Assembly: GCF_009914755.1 (NCBI RefSeq)
Contig: NC_060935.1
Strand: one strand, 5' to 3'
Source of the DNA: the human T2T-CHM13v2.0 reference genome, Homo sapiens
DNA length: 64,000 nt
Each line of letters starts with the position of its first letter. Positions within the stretch are counted from its first letter, which is position 1. The position numbers and the translations under genes were made by a program. The notes under the pieces were generated by a model. The model was not told where the DNA came from and did not search any database. It saw only the letters and a list, made by a program, of their open reading frames with translations. Of the stretch, positions 1 to 12,279 are shown piece by piece.

Positions 1-1126
1 GTGTGGAACCCGGCCTGGAGACAGTAGACGGTGGGGAGAACATGACCTACTGAGACACAAGCCGGGGTTGCTAACAGTGCTTGCATCACTCCTCTCTCCC
101 AGGCTGCACAGCTCACAGCGACAACAGGCCACTTCTTTCTGTTTGGAGAGGAAAGAAAAAAGGGTGGGGAGGACTGTTTTGCATTTTGGATACCAGCTCA
201 GCCACAGTAGAATAGGGTACTGGTCAGAGTCATAAGGCCTTAGCTCCTGGATGACATTTTTAGATACACCCTCGGCCAGAAGGGAACATGCTACCTTAAA
301 GGAACCAGTCCTGGTAGCATTTATCACCTGCTAACTGAAGATCCCTTGGGCCCTGAATAAACAGCAGCAATACCCAGGTACTATGTCAAGGGACTTTGAA
401 CCTCAGACATGCTGGCTTCAGGTAAGACTCAGCCCATTACCAGCTGTGGTAGCTATGGGGCAAAACTCCCATTTGAGAAAAGCAGAAGGTAAAGTAAAGC
501 GTGCCAGCTCAGACATGGTGGGAGGGGGTAGAGTACAAAGTAGGCTCTTGGGGTCCCCAATTTCAGGACTTGATGGAGATGACATTTCTGGACCTGTCCT
601 GGGCCAGAGGGGAGCCCACTGCCCTGAAGAGCGAGTCCCAGGCCAGGCAGCTTTCACCACAAGCTGACTTAAAAGCCCTGGGTCCTAAAGCAGACCTTGG
701 TAGTGGTCTGACAGCACTTTCCACGGGCCTAAGGTGGTGGTAGCCATGAAGTGAGGCTCGTCTGCCTTTGGAAAGGGGAGAGAAAGGTGGGAAGGACTGC
801 ATCTTCTGTTTTTGGTGCCAGCTAGGTTGCAGTACAATTAGAATACCGGGTAGACTAAGGTTTTTGACTCTAGTCCCTGACTTTTGGACAGTACCTCTGG
901 ACCCACCCAGGGCATCTTGCTTCCCTGAAGGGAAGGAGACAAGTCTGCTGCTTTACCAACCAACTGTAGAGGCCCAGGACCTTAAACAAACATAGGTAGT
1001 AGCCAAGGAGTAGTTATAGCAGGCCTTGGGCAAGACCCAGTGCTGTACTGGCTTCAGTTCTCATAGTTGTGGTAGACACAGGAATGCTTGTGTCACTCAA
1101 CCCCAAGCTTTACTTGGCTCAGAAAA

Positions 1127-1222
1127 GGCAGAGGTTGTAGTGAGCTGAGATCACACCACTGCACTCCGGCCTGGGTGACAGAGCAAGAGTGTCAAAAAAA
1201 CAAAAGAAACAAAAACCAAAAA
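1127..1222 (+). mobile_element. 5'-truncated Alu (3' end of right arm with A-rich tail)
   Basis: GGCAGAGGTTGTAGTGAGCTGAGATCACACCACTGCACTCCGGCCTGGGTGACAGAGC followed by an A/C-rich tail. Confidence 0.9.
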
Positions 1223-2571
1223 ACAGACTATTTGGGAGAAAGAAGAGATGACAGTCTACCTGGTAATTAAGAGAATTCTCCTGGATCTTTTCCAAGCCCA
1301 TCAAGGTGATATCTCTATGGGTCTTTAAGAACCACAGCCATACTAGGCTTAGGATGACCCCTAAAGCAGATACCACTTAGATCACAACACCCAGATCCTT
1401 CTGAATATCTAGAAAGCCTTTCCAAGAAGTATGGGCACAAACGAGCCCAGACAGTGAAGACAACAAATACCTAACTGTTCAATGCCCAGATATCTAATAG
1501 ATATTAGCACCAATATCATTCAGGAAAACATGACCTCACCAAATGAACTAAATAAGGCACCAGAGACCAATCCTGGAGAAACATATGTGACCTTTCAGAC
1601 AATTCATAATAGCTGTGCTCAAGAAACTCAAATTCCAAATGACAACAAAATTCAGAGTTTGATAAATTAAAAAGATTGAAATAAGAATCAAGAAGAAATT
1701 CTGGAGCTGAAAAAATGTGATTAGCCTACTGAAGAATGCAGTCTTAATAGCAGAATGGATCAAACAGAAGAATTAGTGAGCTTGAAGAAAGGCTATTTGA
1801 AAATACAGTCAAAGGAGAAAAAATAAAATAAAGCAGGTCTATAGGATCTAAAAAATAGCCTCAAAATGGAAAACAGAACTATTGGCCTTAAAAAGGAGGT
1901 AGAGAAAGAAATAGGGGTAAAAAGTTTGTCCAAAGAAATAACAGAACTTCCCAAACCTAGAGAAAGCTATCAACATCCAAGTACAAGGTTAAAGAACACC
2001 AAGCACATTTAACCCAAACATGACTACCCTCAAGGCATTTAATGATCAAAATCCCATTATTAGGCATTTATTATCTTTGATAAAGATCAGGGATCGAACA
2101 AGGATTCTAAAGGCAGAAGAGAAAGTATACAATGGAGCTTTCATGCATCTGGCAGCAGACTTTTTAGTGGAAACCATACAGACAAAGAGTGGCATAACAT
2201 GTTTAAAGAGCTGAAGGGAAAAGACTTATTCCAGAATAATATATTCAGCAAAAATATCCTTCACATGTCAAGAAGAGAAAGGTTTTCCCAAACAAAAGCT
2301 GAGGGATTTCATCAACACTAGACTTGTCTTACAAGAATGCTAGAAGAATCCTTCAATCAGAAAGGAAAGATGTTAATGAGCAAGAAGAAATTATCTGAAG
2401 GTACAAAACTCACTGGTAATAGTAAATACACAGAAAAACAGAATATTATTACACTAACTGATGTGGAGACTACTCTTATCCTAAGTAGAAGGACTAAAAG
2501 GTGATCAAAAATAACATATCTTTAAGAAATAGTACAATAAGATAGAAATAAAAAAATAAAAATTGAGCAGA

Positions 2572-2925
2572 TGACATGGTCTGGCTGTGTCTCCACCCAA
2601 ATCTCATCTTCAATTGTAGCTCCCATAATCCCCATATGTTGTGGGAGGTAATTAAATCATGGGGGTGGGTGAGTTTTTCCCATGCTGTTCTTGTGATAGT
2701 GAATGTCTCATGAGATTTGATGGTTTTATAAAGGGCAGTTCTCCTGCACATGCTCTCTTGCCTGCTGCCATGTAAGATGGGCCTTTGCTCCTTCTTTGCC
2801 TTCCATCATGATTGTGAGACTTCCACAACTATGTGAAACTGTAAGTCCATTAAACCTTTTCTTCCCCTATAAGTTACCCAGTCTTAGGTATGTCTTTATT
2901 AGCAGTGTGAGAACAGACTAATAGA
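2572..2925 (+). mobile_element. THE1-family MaLR solo LTR
   Basis: Starts TGACATGGTCTGGCTGTGTCTCCACCCAAATCTCATC and ends GAACAGACTAATA; ~350 bp. Confidence 0.85.
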
Positions 2926-3071
2926 AGAACAAAGTTTTAGTTTTTCTTATTTATGTGAACAGGATTAAGATATCATTGGCATAAAAAATGGGTTGTAAAG
3001 ATAGTATTTACAAGCCTCATGGTACCTTCAAACCAAAATCCTACAATAGAAACACAAAAAGCACTAAACTA

Positions 3072-3482
<411 letters not shown>

Positions 3483-4071
3483 TTACTTATCAATAGCATT
3501 AAAGATAAATGGACTAAACTCTAGTCAAAAGAGTGTCCAAATGGATGAAAAAAACAAGATTGATCTGTTGCCTAGAAGAAATGCTTTATAAAGACAGACT
3601 GAAAATACAGAGATGAAGAGAAATATTTCATGCCAATAGACACCAAAAAGAGTGGGGATAGTTAGACAAAGTAGATTAAGACAAAAACTGTAAGAAGCAA
3701 AGGTTGCTATATAATGAGGTCAGTTGTGCAAGAGGTTATAACAATTTTAAATATATATGCAGCCAACACTGAAGGACTCAGATACGTAGAGCAAATATTA
3801 GGCCCCAATACAATAATAGCTGGAGACCTTCAACACCCCACTTTCAGCATTGGACAGATCCTCCAGACAGAAAAAGAAACACTGGACTTGATTGGCACTA
3901 TAGACCAAATGGACCTACCATATGTTCTAATAGATAACATTTAGAGAACGTTTTGTGCAATGACTACAAAATACACATTCTTTTCCTCAGCACATGGATT
4001 ATTCTCAAGGAGAGACCATATGTTAGGTTACAAAACAGGTGCTAACACATTCAAGAAAGTTGAAATAATGT

Positions 4072-4580
4072 TGTGATAGTTAACAAGTGTCAACTTGATT
4101 GGATTGAAGGATGCAAAGTATTGTTCCTGGGTGTGTCTGAGGGCATTGCTAAGGGAGATTAACATTTGAGTCAGTGGACTTGGAAAGGCAGACCCACTCT
4201 TAATGTGAGTTGGCACCATCTAATCAACTGCCAGTGTGGCTAGAATAAAACAGACTTGCTGAGTCTTCCAGACATCATCTTTCTCCTGTGCTTCTTTCTG
4301 CCCTCAAACACCAGACTCCAAGTTCTTCAGCTTTTGGACTCTTGGACTTACACCAGTGATTTACTAGGGACCTTCAGCCACAGACTGAAGGGTACATTGT
4401 CACCTCCCCTACTTTTGAGGTTTGGGGACTTGGACTGGTTTCCTTGCTCCTCAGCTTGCAGACAGTATATTGTGGGATTTCACCTTGGGATCATGTGAGT
4501 CAATACTCCTTAATAGACTCCCCTTCATATAGACAATTATCCTATTAGTTCTGTCTCTCTAGAGAACCCTGACTAATGCA
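4072..4580 (+). mobile_element. MLT2A (HERV-L) solo LTR
   Basis: TGTGATAGTTAA...GAGAACCCTGACTAATGCA with TG...CA ends and a perfect 5-bp TSD AATGT (4067-4071 / 4581-4585). Confidence 0.88.
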
Positions 4581-5245
4581 AATGTCAAGCATCTTCTGGC
4601 AGCTGTGAACTAAAACTAGAAGTTAATAACAAGAAGAATTTTAGAAACTATACAACTACAGGGAAATTAAACAATATGCTTCTGAATGACCAGTGGTCAA
4701 TGACAAAATTAAATTGAAAAATTTCTTGAAACAAATAGAAACAACGTGCCAAAATTCACAGGATACAGTGAAGGCAGCATGAGGGAAGTTTATAGCTGTA
4801 ACTGCACACATCAAAAAAGATGAAAAACTTTAAAAAAGTCAAATGATGCATCTGATTAATAGCCAGAATAGATAAGGAGCTCAAACTCTATAGGAAATAA
4901 AATCTAATAACCTGAACCAAAAAAGGGCAAAAGATTTGAATAGACATTTCTCAAAAGATGACATACAAATGGCAAACAGGCATGAAAAGGCACTAAACAT
5001 TATTGATCAGAGAAATGAAAGTCAAAACTATAAAGGGATGTCATCTCACCCCAGTTAAAATACCTTACATAAAAAAGACAGGCAATAACAAATGCTGGTG
5101 AGGATGTGGAGAAAAGGGAACCCTCATTCACTGTTGATGGGAATGTAAATTAGTACAACCACTCTAGAGAATAGTTTGGAGGTTCTTCAAAAAACTAAAA
5201 ATAGGGCTACCATATGGTCCAGCAATCCACTGCTGGGTATATAGC

Positions 5246-5604
5246 TGATGTAATTTTGCTGTGTCCCCACCCACATCTCATCTCAATTTGTAATCCCCAC
5301 ATGTTGAGGAAGGGATCTAGTGCGAGGCAATCGGATCATGAGGGCAGTTTCCCTCATGCTGTTCTCATGATAGTGAGAGAGTTCTCATGAAATCTGATGG
5401 TTTAAGAGTGTTTGGCAATTCCCCCTGCTTGCTATCTCTTCTGCTGCTTTGTGAAGAAGATGCCTGCTTTCCCCATGCCTTCTGCCATAAGTTTCCTGAG
5501 ACCTCCCCCAGCCAGGCAGAACTTTTAATCAATTAAACTTCTTTCCTTTATAAATTAACCAGTCTCAGCTATTCTTTATAGTAGTGTGAAAACAGACTAA
5601 TACA
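5246..5604 (+). mobile_element. THE1D/MSTA-like MaLR solo LTR
   Basis: TGATGTAATTTTGCTGTGTCCCCACCC...ACAGACTAATACA; near-TSD ATAGC/ATATC. Confidence 0.85.
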
Positions 5605-6179
5605 ATATCCAAAAGAAAGGATATCAGTATATTGAAGACGTCTTTTTTATTCCCATGTTTCTTGAAGCACTATTCACAATAGTGAAGATTCAGAAGCAAC
5701 CTAAGTGTCCATCAACAGATGAATAAAGTAAGTGTGGCACATATAAATGAATAGTGCTCCACTGTGTGTAGGAATCCTGTTACTTGCAACAACATAGATG
5801 GAAATGGAAATTCCATCTATGGTGAAAGAGGACAGGCACAGAAAGACAAATATTGTATGTTCTTAATTATCTGTGGGATTGGGAAGGTTACAGCAGGGGT
5901 AGGATGAAGGTGGGGATGGCGAATGGGTAAAAAAAAATAGGATGAATAAAATATATTATTTAATAGCACAACAGGGTGACTAGTTAACAATAATAGTACA
6001 TTTTAAAGTAACTAATTGAATTGTTTAACACAAAGGATAAATGCTTGAGGGATTGGATACCCCATTCTCCATGATGTATTACGTATTGCATGTCTGTATT
6101 AAAACATCTTATTTACCTTATTAAAATATGTACCCTACTATGTACTCACAAAAATTAAAAATTAAAAAATTAAAAGAAT

Positions 6180-6580
6180 CAATCTGGAATAGCTATATTA
6201 ACTCAAGTCAAAGCAAACTCCAGAGAAATAAATATCAGGCATAAAAAGGAATGTATGATAATGAGGTCAAGTCTATGAAAAGACAAATTTTTAATGTGTA
6301 TGAACCCACAATAGATCAAGATATGTGAGGCAAAAAACTGAACTGAAATAGGTAAATCCATTATTAAAGGTTGAGATTAATACCTTTCTCCCTCAGTAAT
6401 GCATCCAGCAGATAAGTGTGTGGGGAAAAAAATAGAAAAGCCATAGTTAACACTGAACATATTTTAACCAACAGTATTCAATCAAAATGCATATAATATA
6501 TTTAAACAGAAGAATACACATTCTTTAAGCTCTAATAGAATATTCACCAAGTAGACCACAGTTTGGGCCATAAATCATAT
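6180..6580 (+). mobile_element. Ancient L1 ORF2 (endonuclease region) fragment
   Basis: Degenerate similarity to the L1 ORF2 5' part (GGAATAGCTATATTAA, GAATACACATTCTT, ATTCACCAAG). Confidence 0.55.
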
Positions 6581-6599
6581 TGTGGACATTAACATTGAT

Positions 6600-7500
6600 T
6601 AACAACTTCTCTACTACTGATTCAATTTCTGAAGTTTGATACTGGTCTTTTCAGGGTTTCAATCTCTTGATTCACTATGAATTTTCTAATTTGTGTGCCT
6701 GAAGACATTCATAGTAGTCTCTGGGGATCTTCTGTATTTCTGTGGGATCAGTTGTAATATTATTTTGTTATTTGATTATGCATATTTGGATCTCTTAATC
6801 TAGCTAAGGGTCCATTAGTTGTGTTTTCTTCCCCCCAAAGAATTCTTGGGTTTATTGATCTTTTGTTTGGATTTTTTTATATCTCAATTTCATTAGGTTC
6901 TTCTCTAATGTTTTTCTTCTGCTAGCACCGGGAATTTTTTTTTCTAGTCCTTTTTAAGTACAAAGTTAGATTGTCAGTTTGAGCCCTTTGCAACTTCTTG
7001 AAGGTATTTAGGGCTATAAACTTTTCTCTTAACACTGCTTTGGCTGCATCTTAGAGATTTTGGTAAGCTGTATCCCCATCTTTGTTAATTTCAAAGAATT
7101 TTAAGTTTCTGCCTTAATTTAGATGTTTGCTTAGGAGTTATTGAGGAGTAAGTTGTTTAGTTTCCACGCATTTGTGTAGTTGAGGGTTCTTGATATTGGT
7201 TTCCATTTTTATTGACCTGTGATCCAACGGTGTGCTTGGTATGATTTCATTTTTTTGAATTTGAGACTTGCTTCATGACCAAGCATGTGGTTAATCTCAA
7301 TATGGTCCATGTGAAGATGAGAAGAACATATTCTATGGTTATGGGGTATTCTGTAGATGTCTATTAGGTCCAGTTGGCTGAGCGCTGAGTTTAAGTCCAG
7401 AGTTTGTTAGTTTCTGCCTCAATGATCTGTCTAATGCTATTGGTGGGGTGTTGAAATCTCCGACTATTGTTTCATGGTTGTCTAAGTCTTTCTGTAGGCC
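6600..7500 (-). mobile_element. L1 ORF2 fragment, antisense
   Basis: T-rich reverse-complement L1 ORF2 sequence (GGTGGGGTGTTGAAATCTCC, TAGATGTCTATTAGGTCC). Confidence 0.75.
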
Positions 7501-7504
7501 ATGT

Positions 7505-8530
7505 AAAGGAGAAAAGAAAGCCCTTATATGCTGTTGATGAAATGCAAATTGGTATTGACCATTCTATCAGTCTGTCCTTACACACTGCTATAAAGTGCTA
7601 TCTGAGACCGGGTAATTTTAGAAGAGATTTGACTCAGTCTCACAGATTTAACAGGAAGCATGACTGGGAGGCCATAGGAAAGTTACAATCATGGTGGAAG
7701 GCAAAGGGAAAGCAAGCACTTTCTTCACACGGCAGGAAAGAGTGTGAAGGCAAAAGTGCCACACACTTTTAAGCCACCAAATCTTGTAAGTACTCACTAT
7801 CACAAGAACATTGTGGGAGGGGGGTGGGGGGAAATCAGCCCCCATGATGCAATCACCTCCCAGCAGGCCCCTCCTCCAATTTGACATGAGATTTGGCCAA
7901 ATCCAAACCATATCAGCCATTATAGAAAACCTCTTGAGGAACGTCCATGTAGTTTACAGAACATAAGACCCAGGAATCCCTCTACTTGGTATTTACTCAA
8001 AGCGCATGAAATCAGCACCTTGCAGAGATAAGCACACTTCCATGTTCATAAAATTGCTATTCACAATAGCCAAGACATGGAATAAACCTATGTGTCAATT
8101 GACAGATGAATGGCTAGAGAAGTTGTAGCATTATTAGATACTGCCATTTGTGATGGTAGCATGATGTCCTCAAGTTCATCTAAGTGAAATAAGTCAGACA
8201 CAGAAATATATGTGAAATTTAGAAAATGTCAAAGACAGAAATGGAGTGTAGAACTAGTTACCCAGAGCAGCGAAGGAGAAGAAACAGGGAGATGTAGGTC
8301 AAGGGTACAAAGTTGCTGCTATAAAGGATGAATAAGCCTAGAGAGCTTTTGTATAACACGAGGCCTGTATTTGTATAATGAAATATTTACTAATTTTCTA
8401 AGAGTAGATTTTTGGCATTCTTACCACAAGGACAGGTAATTCTGTGAGATGATATATTGTTCATTTGGCTGCAGTAATAATTTCATTATGTATATCAAAA
8501 CATGTTTTATAACTTAAAATATGGATAAAA
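7505..8530 (+). mobile_element. L1MA8-10-like 3' end, interrupted by an MST LTR
   Basis: ORF2 C-terminal and L1MA 3' UTR motifs (CTAAGAGTAGATTTT, TATATCAAAACA). Confidence 0.7.
7563..7915 (-). mobile_element. MSTA-like MaLR solo LTR
   Basis: Plus strand ends CCAAACCATATCA (reverse complement of the MST start); near-TSD ACCAT/GCCAT. Confidence 0.85.
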
Positions 8531-8884
8531 ACTTCCTGTTCAGATGGTAAAATTTTATATTTACCCTGAATTTCATAGGGGTCACTAAACCAGAATGAAA
8601 ATGAAAGTGGGGAGGAGCATTCCAAGATGGCTGAATAGGAACAGCTCCAGTCTGCAGCTCCCAGAGTGATCAGTGCAGAAGATGGGTGATTTCTGCATTT
8701 CCAACTGAGGTATCTGGTTCATCTCACCGGGACTGGTTGGACAGTGGGTACAGCCCACGGAGGGTGAGCTGAAGCAGGGCAGGGCATCACCTCACCTGGG
8801 AAGTGCAAGGGGTCAGGGGATTTCCCTTTCCTAGCGCCAAGGGAAGCAGTGACCGATTGTACAGGGAAATCCGGGCACTGCCAC

Positions 8885-9043
8885 CTAAACACTGTGCTTT
8901 TCCAACAGTCTTAGCAAACGGCAGACCAGGAGATTATAACCCGTGCCTGGCTCAGCAGGACCCACGCCTACGGAGCCTTGCTCACTGCTAGTCAGATTCA
9001 ACTGTGAGGCGGCAAGCCTGGCTGGGGGAGGGGCGTCCACCAC
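8885..9043 (-). pseudogene. L1 ORF0 remnant (antisense ORF of the L1PA 5' UTR)
   Basis: Peptide VVDAPPPARLAA...QGSVGVGPAEPGTGYNLLVCRLL resembles ORF0. The initiator position reads GTG (9043-9041) and the frame stops at 8887-8885. Confidence 0.7.
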
Positions 9044-9400
9044 TGCTGAGGCTTGAATAGGTAAACAAAGCTGCCGGGAAGCTCCAACTGGATAGAGCCC
9101 ACTACAGCTCAAAGAGGCCTGCCTGCTTCTGTACACTCCACCTCTGGGGGCAGGGCATAGCTGAACAAAAGGCAGCAGAAAATCCTGCAGACTTAAACGT
9201 CCCTGTCTGACAGCTCTGAAGAGAGCAGTGGTTCTCCCAGCATGGTATTTGAGCTCTGAGAACGGATAGACTGCCTCCGCAAGTGGGTCCCTGACCCTTG
9301 CATAGCCTAACTTGGAGATACTTCCCAGTAGGGGCCAACTGACATCTCATACAGCTAGGTGCCCCTCTGAGACAAAGCTTCCAGAGGAAGGATCAGGCTG

Positions 9401-9519
9401 CAATATTTGCTGTTCTGCAACATTTGCTGTTCTGCAACATTTGCTGTTCTGCAACATTTGCTGTTCTGCAACATTTGCTGTTCTGCAACATTTGCTGTTC
9501 TGCAACATTTGCTGTTCTG
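9401..9519. repeat. 17-bp minisatellite (CAACATTTGCTGTTCTG)x7 inside the L1 5' UTR
   Basis: Seven contiguous units counted directly; the first has one substitution and the other six are identical. Confidence 0.97.
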
Positions 9520-11941
9520 CAGCCTCCACTGATGATACCCAGGCAAACAGCATCTGGAGTGGACCTCCAGCAAACTCCAACAGACCTGCAGCTGAGGGAC
9601 CTGACAGAAGGAAAACTAACAAACAGAAAGGAATAGCATCAACATCAACAAAAAGGACATCCACACCAAAACCCCATCTGTAGGTCACCAAAGAACAAAG
9701 GTAGATAAAACCACAAACATGGGGAGAAACCAGAGCAGAAAAGCTGAAAATTCTAAAAACCAGAGCACCCCTTCTCCTCCAAAAGATCACAGCGCCTTGC
9801 CAGCAATGGAACAAAGCAGGATGGAGAATGACTGATGAGCTGACAGAAGTAGGCTTCAGAAAGTCGGTAATAACAAACTTCTCTGAGCTAAAGGAGGATG
9901 TTCAAACCCATGGCAAGGAAGCTAAGACCTTGAAAAAAGATTAGACGAATGGCTAACTAGAATAAACAGTGTAGAGAAGACCTTAAATGACCTGATGGAG
10001 CTGAAAACCATGGCAAGAGAACTACGTGATGCAGTCACAACTTCAGTAGCCAATTTGATCAAGTAGAAGAAAGGGTATCAGTGATTGAAGATCAAATGAA
10101 ATGATGCAAGAGAAGTTTAGAGAAAAAAAGAGTAAAAAGAAAGGAACAAAGCCTCCAAGAAATATGGGACTATGTGAAAAGACCAAATCTACATTTGATT
10201 GGTGTACCTGAAAGTGATGGGGAGAATGGAACCAAGCTGGAAAACACTCTTCAGGATATCCAGGAGAACTTTCCCAACCTGGCAAGGCAGGCCAACATTC
10301 AAATTCAGGAAATACAGAGACCACCACAAAAGATACTCCGAGAAGAACAGCCCCAAGACACAATTGTCAGATTCACCAAGGTTGAAATGAAGGAAAAAAT
10401 GCTAGAGGCAGCCAGAAAGAAAGGTCAGGTTACTCACAAAGGGGAACCCATCAGACTAACAGCTGATCTCTCAGCAGAAACCCTACAAGCCAGAAGAGAG
10501 TGGGGGCCAATATTCAACATTCTTAAAATAATTTTCAACCCAGAATTTCATATCCAGCCAAACTAAGCTTCATAAGTGAAGGAGAAATACAATCCTTTAC
10601 AGACAAGCAAATGCTGAGGGATTTTGACACCACCAGGCCTGCCTTACAAGAGCTCCTGAAGGAAGCAATGAACATGGAAAGGAACAACCGGTACCAGCCA
10701 CTGCAAAAACATGACAAATTGTAAAGATCATCGACGCTAGGAAGATACTGAGTCAAATAACGGGCAAAATAACCAGCTAACATCATAATGACAGGATCAG
10801 ATTCACACATAACAGTATTAACCTTAAATGTAAACAGGCTAAATGCCCCAATTAAAACACAGAGTGGCAAATTGGATAGAGTCAAGACCCATCAGTGTAC
10901 TGTATTCAGGAGACCCATCTTATGTGCAAAGACACACAACGACTCAAAATAAAGGGATAGAGGAAGATCTACCAAGCAAATGGAAAACAAAAAAAGCAGG
11001 GGTTGCAATCCTAGTCTCTGATAAAGCAGACTTTAAACCAACAAAGATCAAAAGAGACAAAGAAGGCCATTTCATAATGGTAAAGGGATCAATTCAACAA
11101 GAGCTAACTATCCTAAATATATATGCACCCAATACAGAAGCACCCATATTCATAAAGCAAGTCCTGAGAGACCTACAAAGACACTTAGACTCCCACACAA
11201 TAATACTGGGAGACTTTAACACCCCACTGTCAATATTAGACAGATCAATGAGACAGAAGTTTAACAAGGATATCCAGGACTTGAACTCAGCTCTGGACCA
11301 AGCAGACCTCCTAGACATCTACAGAACTCTCCACCCCAAATCAACAGACTATACATTATTCTCAGCACCACATTGCACTTATTCCAAAATTGACCACATA
11401 GTTGGAAGTAAAGCACTCCTCAGCAAATGTAAAAACAGAAATCACAACAAACTGGCTCTCAGACCACAGTGCAATCAAATTAGAACTCAGCATTAAAAAA
11501 CTCACTCAAAACCGCTCAACTACATGGAAACTGAACAACCTGCTCCTGAATGACTACTGGGTACATAACAAAATGAAGGCAGAAATAAAGATGTTCTTTG
11601 AAACCAATGAGAATGAAGACACAATGAACCAGAATCTCTGGGATACATTTAAAGCCATGTGTAGAGGGTAATTTATAGCACTAAATGCCCACAAGAGAAA
11701 GCAAGAAAGATGTAAAATCAACACCCTAACATCACAATTAAAAACTAGAGAAGAAAGAGCAAACAAATTCAAAAGCTAGCAGAAGACGAGAAATAGCTAA
11801 GATCAGAGCAGAACTGAAGGAGATAGAGACACAAAAAACCCTTAAAAAAAAAAAAGTCAATGAATCCAGGAGCTGTTTTTTCTTTAAAAGATCAACAAAA
11901 TTGATAGACCGCTAGCAAGACTAATAAAAAAAAAAAAAAGA

Positions 11942-12279
<338 letters not shown>

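Noticed and set aside
6600-8530. Twin-priming inverted L1
   Set aside because: The antisense piece is early ORF2 and the sense piece is the far 3' end, with a multi-kb gap and no TSD found; independent fragments are as likely
9312-9814. Overlapping ORFs with repeated Cys-rich peptides (FCNICCSAT...)
   Set aside because: Translation artefact of the 17-bp minisatellite in the L1 5' UTR; not a metallothionein- or zinc-finger-like gene
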